Shown: positions 1-13,859 of the stretch, piece after piece | Layout of the letters: every line of letters begins with the position of its first letter | Position numbering within the stretch: position 1 is the first letter of the stretch | NCBI GenBank assembly: GCA_002269645.1 | Contig: NIVC01000181.1 | Location: 337,693-401,692, forward strand | DNA from: Macrostomum lignano | Lineage: Eukaryota | DNA length: 64,000 bases | Direction: 5' to 3' | Program-made: the position numbers and the translations under genes | Notes under the pieces: generated by a model | What the model saw: only the letters and a program-made list of their open reading frames with translations | Database searches by the model: none | Told to the model about the DNA's origin: nothing

Positions 1-113
1 CAGCTGCTTGGCTGAAATTGTTCTGGAATTAAAAATAAATTGACCATTTCTCTTTTGCTTATTAGTTCTTTCTTTTCCTGACGCATTCCTTCTCCCCTCT
101 GCCTCGCCCGCAG

Positions 114-3100
114 GCTCTCGGCTCGCTGTACTTCGTGCACGCTCGCGTCCCAGATGTGGCGCTGTGGGACTTCAACAAGTCCCGCTTTGTGCAGCTTCGG
201 GACCGCTTCGTAAGAGTCTCAGTGCTGATTGTGTCTGTCTCAGTGCTGATTGTGTCTGTCTCAGTGCTGATTGTGTCTGTCTCAGTGCTGATTGTGTCTG
301 TCTCAGTGCTGATTGTGTCTGTCTCAGTGCTGATTGTGTCTGTCTCAGTGCTGATTGTGTCTGTCTCAGTGCTGATTGTGTCTGTCTCAGTGCTGATTGT
401 GCCTGTCTCAGTGCTGATTGTGTCTGTCTCAGTGCTGATTGTATCTGTCTCAGTGCTGATTGTGTCTGTCTCAGTGCTGATTGTGTCTGTCTCAGTGCTG
501 ATTGTGTCTGTCTCAGTGCTGATTGTGTCTGTCTCAGTGCTGATTGTGTCTGTCTCAGTGCTAATTGTGTCTGTCTCAGTGCTGATTGTGTCTGTCTCAG
601 TGCCCCTTGCGTATGTCTCGTCAAGGTTAAAAAGATTGATGCTTTTTTGTTCATTTTGCTATTAAAGTTGCAACTAACGGTGACTGAATTTGCACCAAAT
701 AGGCAACAGGCACCAGTGCTGTAACTACAGGCGCAATTCGTGTAATTAAAATCTATTCGAACATGGACTGTGAGGTTTTTTGAGTTGCCTCTCGGGAGTT
801 GACTTGCAACTGAGCTTTAAAGAGAGGCCAATTTACTAAATTGGCCTGCTCGCTTGACTTGGCTTGCTGAGTTCAGGAGAGAGAGAGAGAGAAAGTAGAG
901 ATCGGATCACACAGGGGAAGATCTGATGTCGATTCTGCAGAAGTGGGTCTTGATCTTTATTTAGTGGACGGGCAAGCCGGCTATCATGAGGTGGGGAGAG
1001 AGGCTGAGTTTGAGGCCAGCAGCGGCCAGCAAAATGCACCGGATTTAGTGGCCGTAAAATGCGGATTAACTCGCTTTAACGAGCGGATCACCATCCACTG
1101 AGCTGGCCTCTGCCCTGCCTCTGTGCCCTGCGGTAGCTTCCCCTCTCTCTCAATTCACTGAGCCGCTACACTTGCCTGCCTGCACCGCGCTATTCTCTGC
1201 ACACTCTTCTCTACTTCTCTGTACCTCATCTCTCATGTCTCTACTTCTCTGGCTCCTATCTCTCACGTCTCTACTTCTCTGGCTCTTATCTCTCACGTCT
1301 CTACTTCTCTGTACCTCATCTCTCATGTCTCTACTTCTCTGGCTCCTATCTCTCACGTCTCTACTTCTCTGGCTCTCATCTCTCACGTCTCTACTTCTCT
1401 GGCTCTCATCTCTCTCACGTCTCTACTTCTCTGGCTCTCATCTCTCATATCTCTACTTCTCTGGCTCTTATCTCTCATGTCTCTACTTCTCTGGCTCTTA
1501 TCTCTCACGCCTCTACTTCTACTTCTCTAATCTCTCATCCTCTACTTCTCTAATCTCTCATCTTCTACTTCTCTGTCTCTTATATCTAATTTCTCATGTC
1601 TCTACTTCTTTGTCTCTTATCTCTGAGACAGACACATCTCTCTACTTGTCTCTAATCTCCCCTTTCTGCCACTCTGTCCATCTCTCTTTTTTCTCCACCT
1701 TCTGTCTTCCTATGTATTCTGAAGCTCCATCCCTTATGTCCGCCTCCTCAACATCAGTGTATTCATTCACACCCGGGCCTCCGGTTCAACTGCAGTTTAT
1801 AACTCCCAGCTAAGAACCAGTTGAGGCGGGCGAAAGTCGGTTCAATAATTAATGAGAGCCGCTCGCAGTCAGCTCAGTTACTTGAATATGAGGGAGATGA
1901 TTTCCCTGAGCTTCTTCTCCTCCTGCTCCTCCTCCGCACTTCTTGACGTCGGGCTCTCCTCTGTGCCGACAATCCCTTGGGGGGGTTGATGAAGATGATG
2001 CCGGATGCTGGACGAGTTACCCGTCATCGATCACTCGATTCTGATAAGCTAGTTGTTGGCCAGGAATTATCCCAGTTGCTTATCTGGTTTTGCTTGTGTA
2101 CATATATGTATTTTTTGTTCTATCCTATCTTTTAGAAGCAGCAAGGACTGGGGAGAACAGAATATCAGGCTACGAGCATGTAAATAGAGCTCTCTTAGAG
2201 TTGGTTCGGGACTGAAGTCAGAGAGATAATCCACAGGATAGCTCTAATCAATAGTGCCTAAATTGCTTTGCCCTACAGCTACAGGCTTAGTATGGGTCTG
2301 CCCAGCTGTTTTATTGGCACCGGCTACTCCGCTCTCTACTATTCTGTCTACTCCACTGTCTACTCTATTCTCCATTCTACTGTCTACTCTGTTGTCTACT
2401 CCCGCTTTTTACTTCACTGTCTACTCCACTGTCTACTCCGCCCTTTACTCCGCTGTCTACTCCACTGTCTACTCCATTCTCCATTCTACTGTCTACTCTT
2501 TTGTCTACTCCACTGTCTACTCCACTGTCTACTCCACTGTCTACTTCGCTGTCTACTCCATTCTTCATTCTACGGTTTACTCTGTTGTCTACTCCACTGT
2601 CTACTCCGCTGTCTACTCCACTGTCTACTTCGCTGTCTACTCTGCTGTCTACTCCATTCTTCATTCTACTGTCTACTCTGTTGTCTACACCCGCTTTTTA
2701 CTCCACTGTCTACTCCGCTGTCTACTCCCGCTTTTAATTCCACTGTCTACTCCGCTGTCTACTTCACTGTCTACTCCGCTGTCTACTCCCGCTTTTTACT
2801 TGACTGTCTACTCCACTGTCTACTCCACTGTCTACTTCACTGTCTACTCCGCTGTTTACTCTGCCGTCTACTCCGCCGTCTACTCCACTGTCTACTCCGC
2901 TGTCTACTCCGCTGTCTACTCCGCTGTCTACTCCAATCTACTCCGTCTCAATATATCTTTCTGTTGCCAGGTTTTAAGCATCTCTACCCAATTATTTATC
3001 CATGATTCAGCTCCCCCAACTGCAACTGCCCACTCTCAGCCAAGTTGGCATTTCCGCGCCCAGCGCGTTTCAAGTTCCATTGCGTGTCGCGTTTTTCACC

Positions 3101-6100
3101 CCCCCTCTTTCAACCCCACATGTGTTTCATTTTATATTCACCCACAGATGAGACCTAGGGGCACTCTGAGTCCGTCTCGGCCAGCTCGCAGCCCCTTCTT
3201 ACAATCTCATCAGATTGCAGTCGGGCGTGAATAAAAAATCCCGGAATGGGATATTACTCGGACGGCGCAATCGGAACGGCTGTGGGATTTGACATAAAAT
3301 TTGTGGCTAGTAAAACAGCTGACTCGACTAAGCAGCCCAAGCTATGCTGGGGTTTTGTTATCTGAGTGCGAGAGATTCATGTCTGAGTGCGAGTGACTCA
3401 GGTCTGAGTGTGAGTGACTCAGGTCTGAATGTGAGTGACTCAGGTCTGAGTGCGAGTGACTCAGGTCTAAGTGCAAGTGACTCAGGTCTGAATGTGAGTG
3501 ACTCAGGTCTGAATGTGAGTGACTCAGGTCTAAGTGCGAGTGACTCAGGTCTGAGTGCGAGTGACTCAGGTCTGAGTGCGAGTGACTCAGGTCTGAGTGC
3601 GTGTGAATCAGATCTGAGTGCGAGTGACTCTTCTAAACAGGAGGGATTCGAGCCCGAGACTGTCTTATCGGTACTCCAGTCGCGAGCTGCAGACTGTCTG
3701 ATTGAATTGGTGTTGCAGGATTTTATTTAGCTCTCTCTCCCGTGCAGAAGCAGCAAGATAAGAGAAAAGTTGCATATTGAAGCAATTCCCTCTACCGTCA
3801 GTTCAGTGTATTTCATAATCTAACCCAAGTGTTCACTGTTCTTCCTTCCTAGGACTTACTTAATTTATTATGTACCTATCTTGTTTAACTTGCCTGCGAG
3901 ACACTTGCCATGGTTAACCAGTTTCGATAAACAAGAAATTCATATCTACCTGATTAATAAATCATTATTAAACATTTTCAATCACCCTGCAGGAGCACCG
4001 CGGTCCCATTGAGGCGGTCGGAGAGGTGGAAAAGCGAAAATTTCCACTGAAATTTTTTCCCAACGTAAGCCATCTTTGTGATAATAAAGCTTATATGATG
4101 CTGTTTGATACTTGAAATTTCAATGTACAGTATCTCTATGCGTACATTCAATGTACAGTATCTCTATGCGTGCATTCAATGTACAGTATCTCTATGCGTG
4201 CATTCAATGTACAGTATCTCTATGCGTGCATGCAATGTACAGTGTCTCTATGCGTACATTCAATGTACAGTATCTCTATGCGTACATTCAATGTACAGTA
4301 TCTCTATGCGTACATTCAATGTACAGTATCTCTATGCGTGCATTCAATGTACAGTATCTCTATGCGTACATTCAATGTACAGTATCTCTATGCGTACATT
4401 CAATGTACAGTATCTCTATGCGTGCATTCAATGTACAGTATCTCTATGCGTGCATGCAATGTACAGTGTCTCTATGCGTACATTCAATGTACAGTATCTC
4501 TATGCGTACATTCAATGTACAGTATCTCTATGCGTACATTCAATGTACAGTATCTCTATGCGTACATTCAATGTACAGCATCTCTATGCGTGCATTCCGG
4601 TTGATCTTCAGTCAACTTGTAAACACCGCGCTTACGCAGCATTCCATTAATGTACATTTAAGTGTACTTTTGGTTATTATCGCCCGATTTTGCAGCAAGT
4701 CCTGTCTCGCAAAGGCTACATGCGAACTCGCTGGCGTGCTGGTGTTGCCACATTCGACCTCGTCAACGTGCACCTGTTTCACGACGCGTCAAACCTGGAC
4801 GGCTTGTCGCAGGTGGGTTAACAGAGTAGGGTCAGAGTAGTGTCAGAGTAGGGTCAGAATAGGGTCAGAATAGGGTCAGAATAGGGTCAGAGTAGGGTCA
4901 GAGTAGGGTCAGAGTAGTGTCAGAGTAGGGTCAGAGTAGGGTCAGAGTAGTGTCAGAGTAGGGTCAGAATAGGGTCAGAATAGGGTCAGAGTAGGGTCAG
5001 AGTAGTGTCAGAGTAGGGTCAGAATAGGGTCAGAATAGGGTCAGAGTAGTGTCAGAGTCAGAGTAGGGTCAGAATAGGGTCAGAGTAGGGTCTGAGTAGG
5101 GTCAGAGTAGGGTCATTATAAGGTCAGAGTGAATTCCGAGCTCCATCTTCGGAAATTCCAGACGCCCTCGGTCTACGCCAGGCATCGCCGAGACGCCCTG
5201 ATGTGGATCCTGGATCAGCTGCGCAGCGGGCCGCCTGTCAAAGACGAATTCGCCATTGCGGCCAGCTCTGGCTCTGTCGTCAAAGGCGTCGAAGACGGAG
5301 GCGAGAGCTTGTCGGCTGAGCGACTGCCTGTGCCGACCTTTGTGTTCGGCGACTTTAATTTTCGACTCAACCTTGAAGCTTACGTTAAGGTAGATTGGAT
5401 TGAATGAATCGGGTAGTTGAGTTGTGAATCGGGTAGTTGAGGTTGTGAATCGGGTAGTTGAGGTTGTGAATCGGGTAGTTGAGGTTGTGAATCGGGTAGT
5501 TGAGGTTTTGAATCGGGTAGTTGAGGCAGTGAATCTGGTAGTTAATGTTGTGAATCGGGTAGTTGAGGTTGTGAATCGGGTAGTTGAGGTTGTGAATCTG
5601 GTAGTTGAGGTTGTGAATCTGGTAGTTGAGGTTGTGAATCTGGTAGTTGAGGTTGTGAATCTGGTAGTTAATGTTGTGAATCTGGTAGTTAAGGTTGTGA
5701 ATCTGGTAGTTGAGGTTGTGAATCTGGTAGTTAATGTTGTGAATCAAGTAGTTAATGTTATGAATCAAGTAGTTAATGTTATGAATCTGGTAGTTAATGT
5801 TATGAATCAAGTAGTTAATGTTGTGAATCTGGTAGTTAATGTTGTGAATCTGGTAGTTAATGTTGTGAATCTGGTAGTTAATGTTGTGAATCTGGTAGTT
5901 AATGTTGTGAATCGGGTAGTTAATGTTGTGAATCTGGTAGTTAATGTTGTGAATCTGGTAGTTAATGTTATGAATCAAGTAGTTAATATTGTGAATCTGG
6001 TAGTTAATGTTATGAATCAAGTAGTTAATGTTGTGAATCGGGTAATTAATGTTGTGAATCGGGTAGTTGAGGTTGTGAATCTGGTAGTTAAGCTTGTGAA

Positions 6101-9100
6101 TCTGGTAGTTAATGTTATGAATTGTCTTTTACAGGCTATTCACGCATGTTCAAGTGAAGTGAATGGTTGAATCTAACCTCAAAACCCTCAGACCGTCACC
6201 CAGAAGTGCCGGCGCACTGAGCAGCGGGACGAGGACGGCCACCTCAGCATCGAGTATTACCGTGGGGACGATCGAGTCCTCACCGTGGGAAAGAAACAGT
6301 TCCACAGCTGCACACATAGCAGAGAATTTTTTGAAAATAAGCATAACTGGGTAAGCTTCCTTGAGTGTCAACTGGTTTCTTTGGTAGTTGTACGAGTGAT
6401 TGAGATTACAGATCAATAAGGATCGTGAAGGGATTATCGATCAAATGAATCAGTTGGGATTATCGATTAGTTGGGATTATCGATCAGTTGTGATTATCGA
6501 TCAGTTGTGATTATCGATCAGTTGTGATTATCGATCAGTTAGGATTATCGATCAGTTGGGAGTATCGATCAAATATAATTATCGATCAAATGGGATTATC
6601 GATCAAATGAATCAGTTAGGATTATCAGTTGGGATTATCGATCAGTTGGGATTATCGATCAAATGGGATTATCGATCGAATAGAATTATCGATCAATGAT
6701 AATATCGAGAAAATGGGATTATCGATAAAATGGGATTTTTGAGACCCCTAGCAGTTCAATATATCTCGCAACACCCGACCCGCTGCTCAGCTCGGCCAGC
6801 TGGACTTTGAGCCCAGCAGCTTCGACAGCAGCCTGTTCGAGTTTCCGGTCACATTTCCGCCAACTTATCCGTTCAGCGAGGGCGCATCGGAGCGCGACGC
6901 CACCGAGTACATGGCCACCCGCCTGCCCGCCTGGTGCGACAGGGTCCTGTGCTCGAGCTCCGCTAGGTCCGCCATTCTCTGCCCGCCAGAGGACCCGACG
7001 CAGTACGGCGTACTCGGGCTTCAAGACTGCATGGGTGACCACAAGCCGGTGTACCTGTACACCTTGCTGTGCTACGGCGCCTCAGCAGCTGGTGAGAATT
7101 TTCATTTTTTAAACTGGTCACCATTTTAATTTCAAGACCACTTTGTTGGTTGAAACTCGAGAAATACTACTGTTACAGTGAGTAGGCAAACTGGGTTCTA
7201 AAGACTCTCATTGTAGCGCCATAGACACTCATTTTAGTGCCATAGACACTCATTTTAGCGCCATAGACACTCATTTTACTGCCATAGACACTCATTTTAC
7301 TGCCATAGACACTCATTTTAGTGCCATAGACACTCATTTTAGCGCCATAGACACTCATTTTAGTGCCACAGACACTCATTTTAGTGCCACAGACACTCAT
7401 TTTAGTGCCATAGACACTCATTTTAGTGCCATAGACACTCATTTTAGTGCCATGGACGCTCATTGTTTCACACTCATTTTAGTGCCATAGACGCTCATTG
7501 TGTCACACTCATTTTAGCGCCATAGACACTCATTTTAGTGCCATAGACACTCATTTTAGTGCCATAGACGCTCATTGTGTCACACTCATTTTAGCGCCAT
7601 AGACACTCATTTTACTGCCATAGACACTCATTTTAGTGCCATAGACACTCATTTTAGTGCCATAGACGCTCATTTTACTGCCATAGACACTCATTTTAGC
7701 GCCATAGACACTCATTTTAGCGCCATAGACACTCATTTTACTACCATAGACACTCATTTTAGCGCCACAGACACTCATTTTAGTGCCACAGACACTCATT
7801 TTACTGCCATAGACACTCATTTTAGCGCCATAGACACTCATTTTACTGCCATAGACACTCATTTTACTGCCATAGACACTCATTTTAGTGCCATAGACAC
7901 TCATTTTAGCGCCATAGACACTCATTTTAGTGCCACAGACACTCATTTTAGTGCCACAGACACTCATTTTAGTGCCATAGACACTCATTTTAGTGCCATA
8001 GACACTCATTTTAGTGCCATGGACGCTCATTGTTTCACACTCATTTTAGTGCCATAGACGCTCATTGTGTCACACTCATTTTAGCGCCATAGACATTCAT
8101 TTTAGTGCCATAGACACTCATTTTACTGCCATAGACACTCATTGTGTCACACTCATTTTAGTGCCATAGACACTCATTTTAGTGCCATAGACACTCATTT
8201 TAGTGCCATAGACACTCATTTTAGTGCCATAGACACTCATTTTAGTGTCATAGACACTCATTTTAGTGCCATAGACACTCATTTTAGTGCCATAGACGCT
8301 CATTGTGTCACACTCATTTTAGCGCCATAGACACTCATTTTAGTGCCAAAGACACTCATTTTAGTGCCATAGACACTCATTTTACTGCCATAGACACTCA
8401 TTTTACTGCCATAGACACTCATTTTAGTGCCATAGACACTCATTTTAGCGCCATAGACACTCATTTTAGTGCCATAGACACTCATTTTACTGCCATAGAC
8501 ACTCATTTTACTGCCATAGACACTCATTTTACTGCCATAGACACTCATTTTACTGCCATAGACACTCATTTTACTGCCATAGACACTCATTTTAGCGCCA
8601 TAGACACTCATTTTAGTGCCATAGACACTCATTTTACTGCCATAGACACTCATTTTACTGCCATAGACACTCATTTTACTGCCATAGACACTCATTTTAG
8701 CGCCATAGACACTCATTTTACTGCCATAGACACTCATTTTAGCGCCATAGACACTCATTTTACTGCCATAGACGCTCATTTTAGTGCCACAGACACTCAT
8801 TTTAGTGCCATAGACACTCATTTTAGCGCCATAGACACTCATTTTAGTGCCACAGACACTCATTTTACTGCCCTAGACACTCATTTTAGTGCCATAGACG
8901 CTCATTGTGTCACACTCATTTTAGTGCCATGGACGCTCATTGTGTCACACTCATTTTAGCGCCATAGACACTCATTTTAGTGCCATAGACACTCATTTTA
9001 GTGCCATAGACGCTCATTGTGTCACACTCATTTTAGCGCCATAGACACTCATTTTAGTGCCATAGACACTCATTTTAGTGCCATAGACACTCATTTTAGT

Positions 9101-12100
9101 GCCATAGACGCTCATTTTACTGCCATAGACACTCATTTTAGCGCCATAGACACTCATTTTACTGCCATAGACGCTCATTTTAGTGCCACAGACACTCATT
9201 TTAGTGCCATAGACACTCATTTTAGCGCCATAGACACTCATTTTAGTGCCACAGACACTCATTTTACTGCCCTAGACACTCATTTTAGTGCCATAGACGC
9301 TCATTGTGTCACACTCATTTTAGTGCCATCGACGCTCATTGTGTCACACTCATTTTAGTGCCATAGACGCTCATTATGTCACACTCATTTTAGTGCCATA
9401 GACGCTCATTGTGTCACACTCATTTTAGTGCCATAGACGCTCATTGTGTCACACTCATTTTAGCGCCATAGACACTCATTTTAGTGCCATAGACACTCAT
9501 TTTAGTGCCATAGACACTCATTTTAGTGCCATAGACGCTCATTTTACTGCCATAGACACTCATTTTAGCGCCATAGACACTCATTTTAGCGCCATAGACA
9601 CTCATTTTAGTGCCATAGACACTCATTTTACTGCCATAGACACTCATTTTAGCGCCATAGACACTCATTTTAGCGCCATAGACACTCATTTTAGCGCCAT
9701 AGACACTCATTTTAGCGCCATAGACACTCATTTTACTGCCATAGAAACTCATTTTACTGCCATAGACACTCATTTTAGTGCCATAGACACTCATTTTAGT
9801 GCCATAGACACTCATTTTAGTGCCATAGACGCTCATTTTACTGCCATAGACACTCATTTTAGCGCCATAGACACTCATTTTAGCGCCATAGACACTCATT
9901 TTAGTGCCATAGACACTCATTTTACTGCCATAGACACTCATTTTAGCGCCATAGACACTCATTTTAGCGCCATAGACACTCATTTTAGCGCCATAGACAC
10001 TCATTTTAGCGCCATAGACACTCATTTTACTGCCATAGAAACTCATTTTACTGCCATAGACACTCATTTTAGCGCCATAGACACTCATTTTACTACCATA
10101 GACACTCATTTTAGCGCCACAGACACTCATTTTAGTGCCACAGACACTCATTTTACTGCCATAGACACTCATTTTAGCGCCATAGACGCTCATTTTAGTG
10201 CCATAGACACTCATTTTAGCGCCATAGACACTCATTTTAGTGCCACAGACACTCATTTTAGCGCCAAAGACACTCATTTTACTGCCATAGACACTCATTT
10301 TACTGCCATGGACACTCATTTTAGCGCCATAGACACTCATTTTAGCGCCATAGACACTCATTTTACTACCATAGACACTCATTTTAGCGCCATAGACACT
10401 CATTTTAGCGCCATAGACGCTCATTTTAGTGCCATAGACACTCATTTTACTGCCACAGACACTCATTTTAGCGCCATAGACACTCATTTTACTGCCATAG
10501 ACACTCATTTTACTGCCATGGACACTCATTTTAGCGCCATAGACACCCATTTTAGTGCCATAGACACTCATTTTAGTGCCATAGACACTCATTTTAGCGC
10601 CATAGACACTCATTTTAGTGCCATAGACACTCATTTTACTGCCATAGACACTCATTTTACTGCCATAGACACTCATTTTAGTGCCATAGACACTCATTTT
10701 AGCGCCACAGACGCTCATTTTAGCGCCATAGACACTCATTTTACTGCCATAGACACTCATTTTACTGCCATAGACACTCATTTTACTGCCATAGACACTC
10801 ATTTTACTGCCATAGACACTCATTTTAGCGCCATAGACACTCATTTTACTGCCATAGACACTCATTTTAGCGCCATAGACACTCATTTTACTGCCATAGA
10901 CGCTCATTTTAGTGCCACAGACACTCATTTTAGTGCCATAGACACTCATTTTAGCGCCATAGACACTCATTTTAGTGCCACAGACACTCATTTTAGTGCC
11001 ATAGACACTCATTTTAGCGCCATAGACACCAATTTTACTGCCATAGACACTCATTTTAGCGCCATAGACGCTCATTTTAGCGCCATAGACACCAATTTTA
11101 CTGCCCTAGACACTCATTTTAGTGCCATAGACGCTCATTGTGTCACACTCATTTTAGTGCCATAGACGCTCATTGTGGCACACTCATTTTAGTGCCATCG
11201 ACGCTCATTGTGTCACACTCATTTTAGTGCCATAGACGCTCATTATGTCACACTCATTTTAGTGCCATAGACGCTCATTGTGTCACACTCATTTTAGTGC
11301 CATAGACGCTCATTGTGTCACACTCATTTTAGTGCCATAGACGCTCATTGTGTCACACTCATTTTAGTGCCATAGACGCTCATTGTGTCACACTCATTTT
11401 AGTGCCATAGACACTCATTTTAGTGCCATAGACATTCATTTTAGTGCCATAGACACTCATTTTACTGCCATAGACACTCATTGTGTCACACTCATTTTAG
11501 TGCCATAGACACTCATTTTAGTGCCATAGACACTCATTTTAGTGCCATAGACACTCATTTTAGTGCCATAGACACTCATTTTAGTGTCATAGACACTCAT
11601 TTTAGTGCCATAGACACTCATTGTGTCACACTCATTTTAGTGCCATAGACACTCATTTTAGTGCCATAGACACTCATTTTAGTGCCATAGACACTCATTT
11701 TAGTGCCATAGACACTCATTTTAGTGCCATAGACACTCATTTTAGTGCCATAGACACTCATTTTAGCGCCATAGACACTCATTTTAGTGCCACAGACACT
11801 CATTTTAGTGCCACAGACACTCATTTTAGTGCCATAGACACCCATTTTAGTGCCATAGACACTCATTTTAGTGCCATAGACACTCATTTTAGTGCCATAG
11901 ACACTCATTTTAGTGCCATAGACACTCATTTTAGGGCCATAGACACTCATTTTAGCGCCATAGACACTCATTTTAGTGCCACAGACACTCATTTTAGTGC
12001 CACAGACACTCATTTTAGTGCCATAGACACCCATTTTAGTGCCATAGACACTCATTTTAGTGCCATAGACACTCATTTTAGCGCCATTGACACTCATTTT

Positions 12101-12668
12101 AGTGCCATAGACACTCATTTTAGCGCCATAGACACTCATTTTAGTGCCACAGACACTCATTTTAGTGCCACAGACACTCATTTTAGTGCCACAGACACTC
12201 ATTTTAGCGCCATAGACACTCATTTTAGTGCCATAGACACTCATTTTAGCGCCATAGACACTCATTTTAGTGCCACAGACACTCATTTTAGTGCCACAGA
12301 CACTCATTTTAGCGCCATAGACACTCATTTTAGTGCCACAGACACTCATTTTAGTGCCACAGACACTCATTTTAGTGCCATAGACACCCATTTTAGCGCC
12401 ATAGACACTCATTTTAGTGCCATAGACACTCATTATGTCACACTCATAGGTGCACACAGCCGCTGCCTCTAACTAAAGAAACGCTCGCATCCGCACAGAC
12501 TCCCACTGTCTGATGGAGAACGCGGACTTCCCGCCGCCGGCGCTGCTCAGCCGCCTGCTGGAGCAACCTGGCGTGCAGGTGAAAATGTCTGAGCGAAACG
12601 GCGCAATCTACACCCACGTGCGACGGGACGGAGCCACAATCTGCATTTTCAAGGAGACGGCTGTTTGA
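114..12668 (+). CDS. INPP5A: Type I inositol 1,4,5-trisphosphate 5-phosphatase (INPP5A-like), 3' exons; 5' exons lie upstream of the window
   Basis: Exons 114-209, 3993-4064, 4696-4812, 5162-5389, 6192-6350, 6791-7091, 12499-12668, all GT-AG with consistent phases. Family motifs [71 protein letters not shown]. The last exon (ends ...ICIFKETAV*) is less certain than the catalytic exons. Confidence 0.92.
216..602. repeat. 21-bp minisatellite (GTCTCAGTGCTGATTGTGTCT)
   Basis: Direct tandem units in an INPP5A intron. Confidence 0.95.
1190..1660. repeat. About 30-bp pyrimidine-rich minisatellite (TCTCTACTTCTCTGGCTCTTATCTCTCACG)
   Basis: Tandem units, degenerate at the 3' end. Confidence 0.9.
2330..2940. 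repeat. 12-bp minisatellite (CTGTCTACTCCA/G)
   Basis: Tandem units with interspersed variants. Confidence 0.9.
3365..3630. repeat. 21-bp minisatellite (GTGACTCAGGTCTGAGTGCGA)
   Basis: Tandem units. Confidence 0.95.
4119..4596. repeat. 28-bp minisatellite (TTCAATGTACAGTATCTCTATGCGTACA)
   Basis: Tandem units. Confidence 0.95.
4823..5128. repeat. 12-bp minisatellite (AGAGTAGGGTCA-type)
   Basis: Fills most of the intron 4813-5161. Confidence 0.95.
5403..6120. repeat. 21-bp minisatellite (GTGAATCTGGTAGTTAATGTT)
   Basis: Tandem units with a variant gradient along the array. Confidence 0.95.
6440..6740. repeat. About 16-bp degenerate minisatellite (GATTATCGATCAGTTG)
   Basis: Tandem units. Confidence 0.85.
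7205..12445. repeat. 5.2-kb 21-bp minisatellite (CCATAGACACTCATTTTAGYG) with higher-order block duplications
   Basis: Fills the last INPP5A intron; recurring shorter GACGCTCATTGTGTCACACTC variants mark repeated blocks. Confidence 0.97.
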
Positions 12669-12825
12669 AATATCCGATTGATTTTCTTGTCTCTTCCTGC
12701 TGGATGCCCTTCGCTGGCCGGGGCACAAGGACCTCTTGATAGTGTAGCAGGGACACGGGAAGCGCAGTTCGTTTTTCGTGTTGAAAAAAGTTGAAGGCTC
12801 ATACGTATACTCTCTAATCATACAG

Positions 12826-13127
12826 CAATAATAATGATTGATTACACCTACCCCAATTGGGCCAGATGTGCAACCGACAGCTCAGCCGCAGCTATTGCGC
12901 GGCGCATCTGAAGGCTGCGTACGGCTGTTCAGTCCAAGGACTGGGGGGTCGCCACACGCACCCTCAATTACCCCAGCTAATGCTGGCACCCATTTTACAG
13001 CTGGGTGAACTGAAGCAATGCAGAGTTAAGTGTCTTGCTCAAGGACACAAATTGTTCCGAGAGGATCAGGAATCGAACCCCCGACCTTCAACTCGTGACT
13101 GACGCTCTGACCACTGGTCTACAACCC
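12826..13127 (-). mobile_element. tRNA-derived SINE family 1, copy 1
   Basis: A box TAGACCAGTGG, B box GGTTCGATTCC, central CCTTGAGCAAGACACTTAAC...CTGTAAAATGGG, (ATT)n tail; near-identical to copies at 17278 and 58498. Confidence 0.85.
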
Positions 13128-13859
13128 ATATAACACATTAATTTAGTAAACTAATTGTTATTATATAAATATTATGAAATATGAAAATTTTCCACTTTTA
13201 ATGACTAATTTATTTACTTAATTACGGCAGCCATTAATATGCTTTTACATCTATTAGTCTGTCTATGCGGTAAATTCAATTCGGAGAGCGAGCCTTCAAA
13301 TTTTTTCTAAGAAACGAATCTGGCAAGATGTGTCTACAGTGCGATGCTTCATAGGTATTTTATCTGTTACTGTGAGTAATATGATGCGTTTTTTCTGGTT
13401 TAGTTAAGGTGCCTTGCATGGCCGCAACGCAGCTGTTTACATGAAACATTTTGGCTGCTGAACTGCTACAGAATTGATATGGTTTTTATGGCTTGTCTAG
13501 TCGGTATTTTGTAACATACATGGACATGCAATTTACACAGCAGAACATATCTCTGTTTTATCAATAACATTATAATTCTGTTTGCTTGCCCAGAAAATCT
13601 TCAGATTAATACATGTATACTCAATTGTCTGCGATCAGAATGCTATAAACAGCTTTTGACGCTAATTTCTGTTGTTTATTTGCATTGGCTGTTAGAATAT
13701 AATTGGATTAGTTTTATTGCTTATTGAAATAAATTAGCCTGCAAACGTATTAATCAATCAATCAATCAAGCGACAAGTGCCGGTCTTAATGAACTTGATT
13801 TATTTGGTACTGGTGACGCTATGTGTTGAGTTAGAAAATAATGAGATTTTAAAATAACC

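Noticed and set aside
825-847. Perfect 11-bp-arm palindrome AGGCCAATTTA-C-TAAATTGGCCT
   Set aside because: Isolated, with no supporting context; cannot assign a function.
6135-6170. Acceptor TTTTACAG followed by [11 protein letters not shown] as an INPP5A exon
   Set aside because: In-frame stop after 11 codons; the acceptor at 6191 gives a continuous homologous frame.
7173-12472. Long ORFs of up to 573 aa (IDTHFSA / KMSVYGT repeats) and similar repeat ORFs elsewhere in the track
   Set aside because: They are translations of stop-free tandem units, open on both strands and lying inside introns of clear genes.
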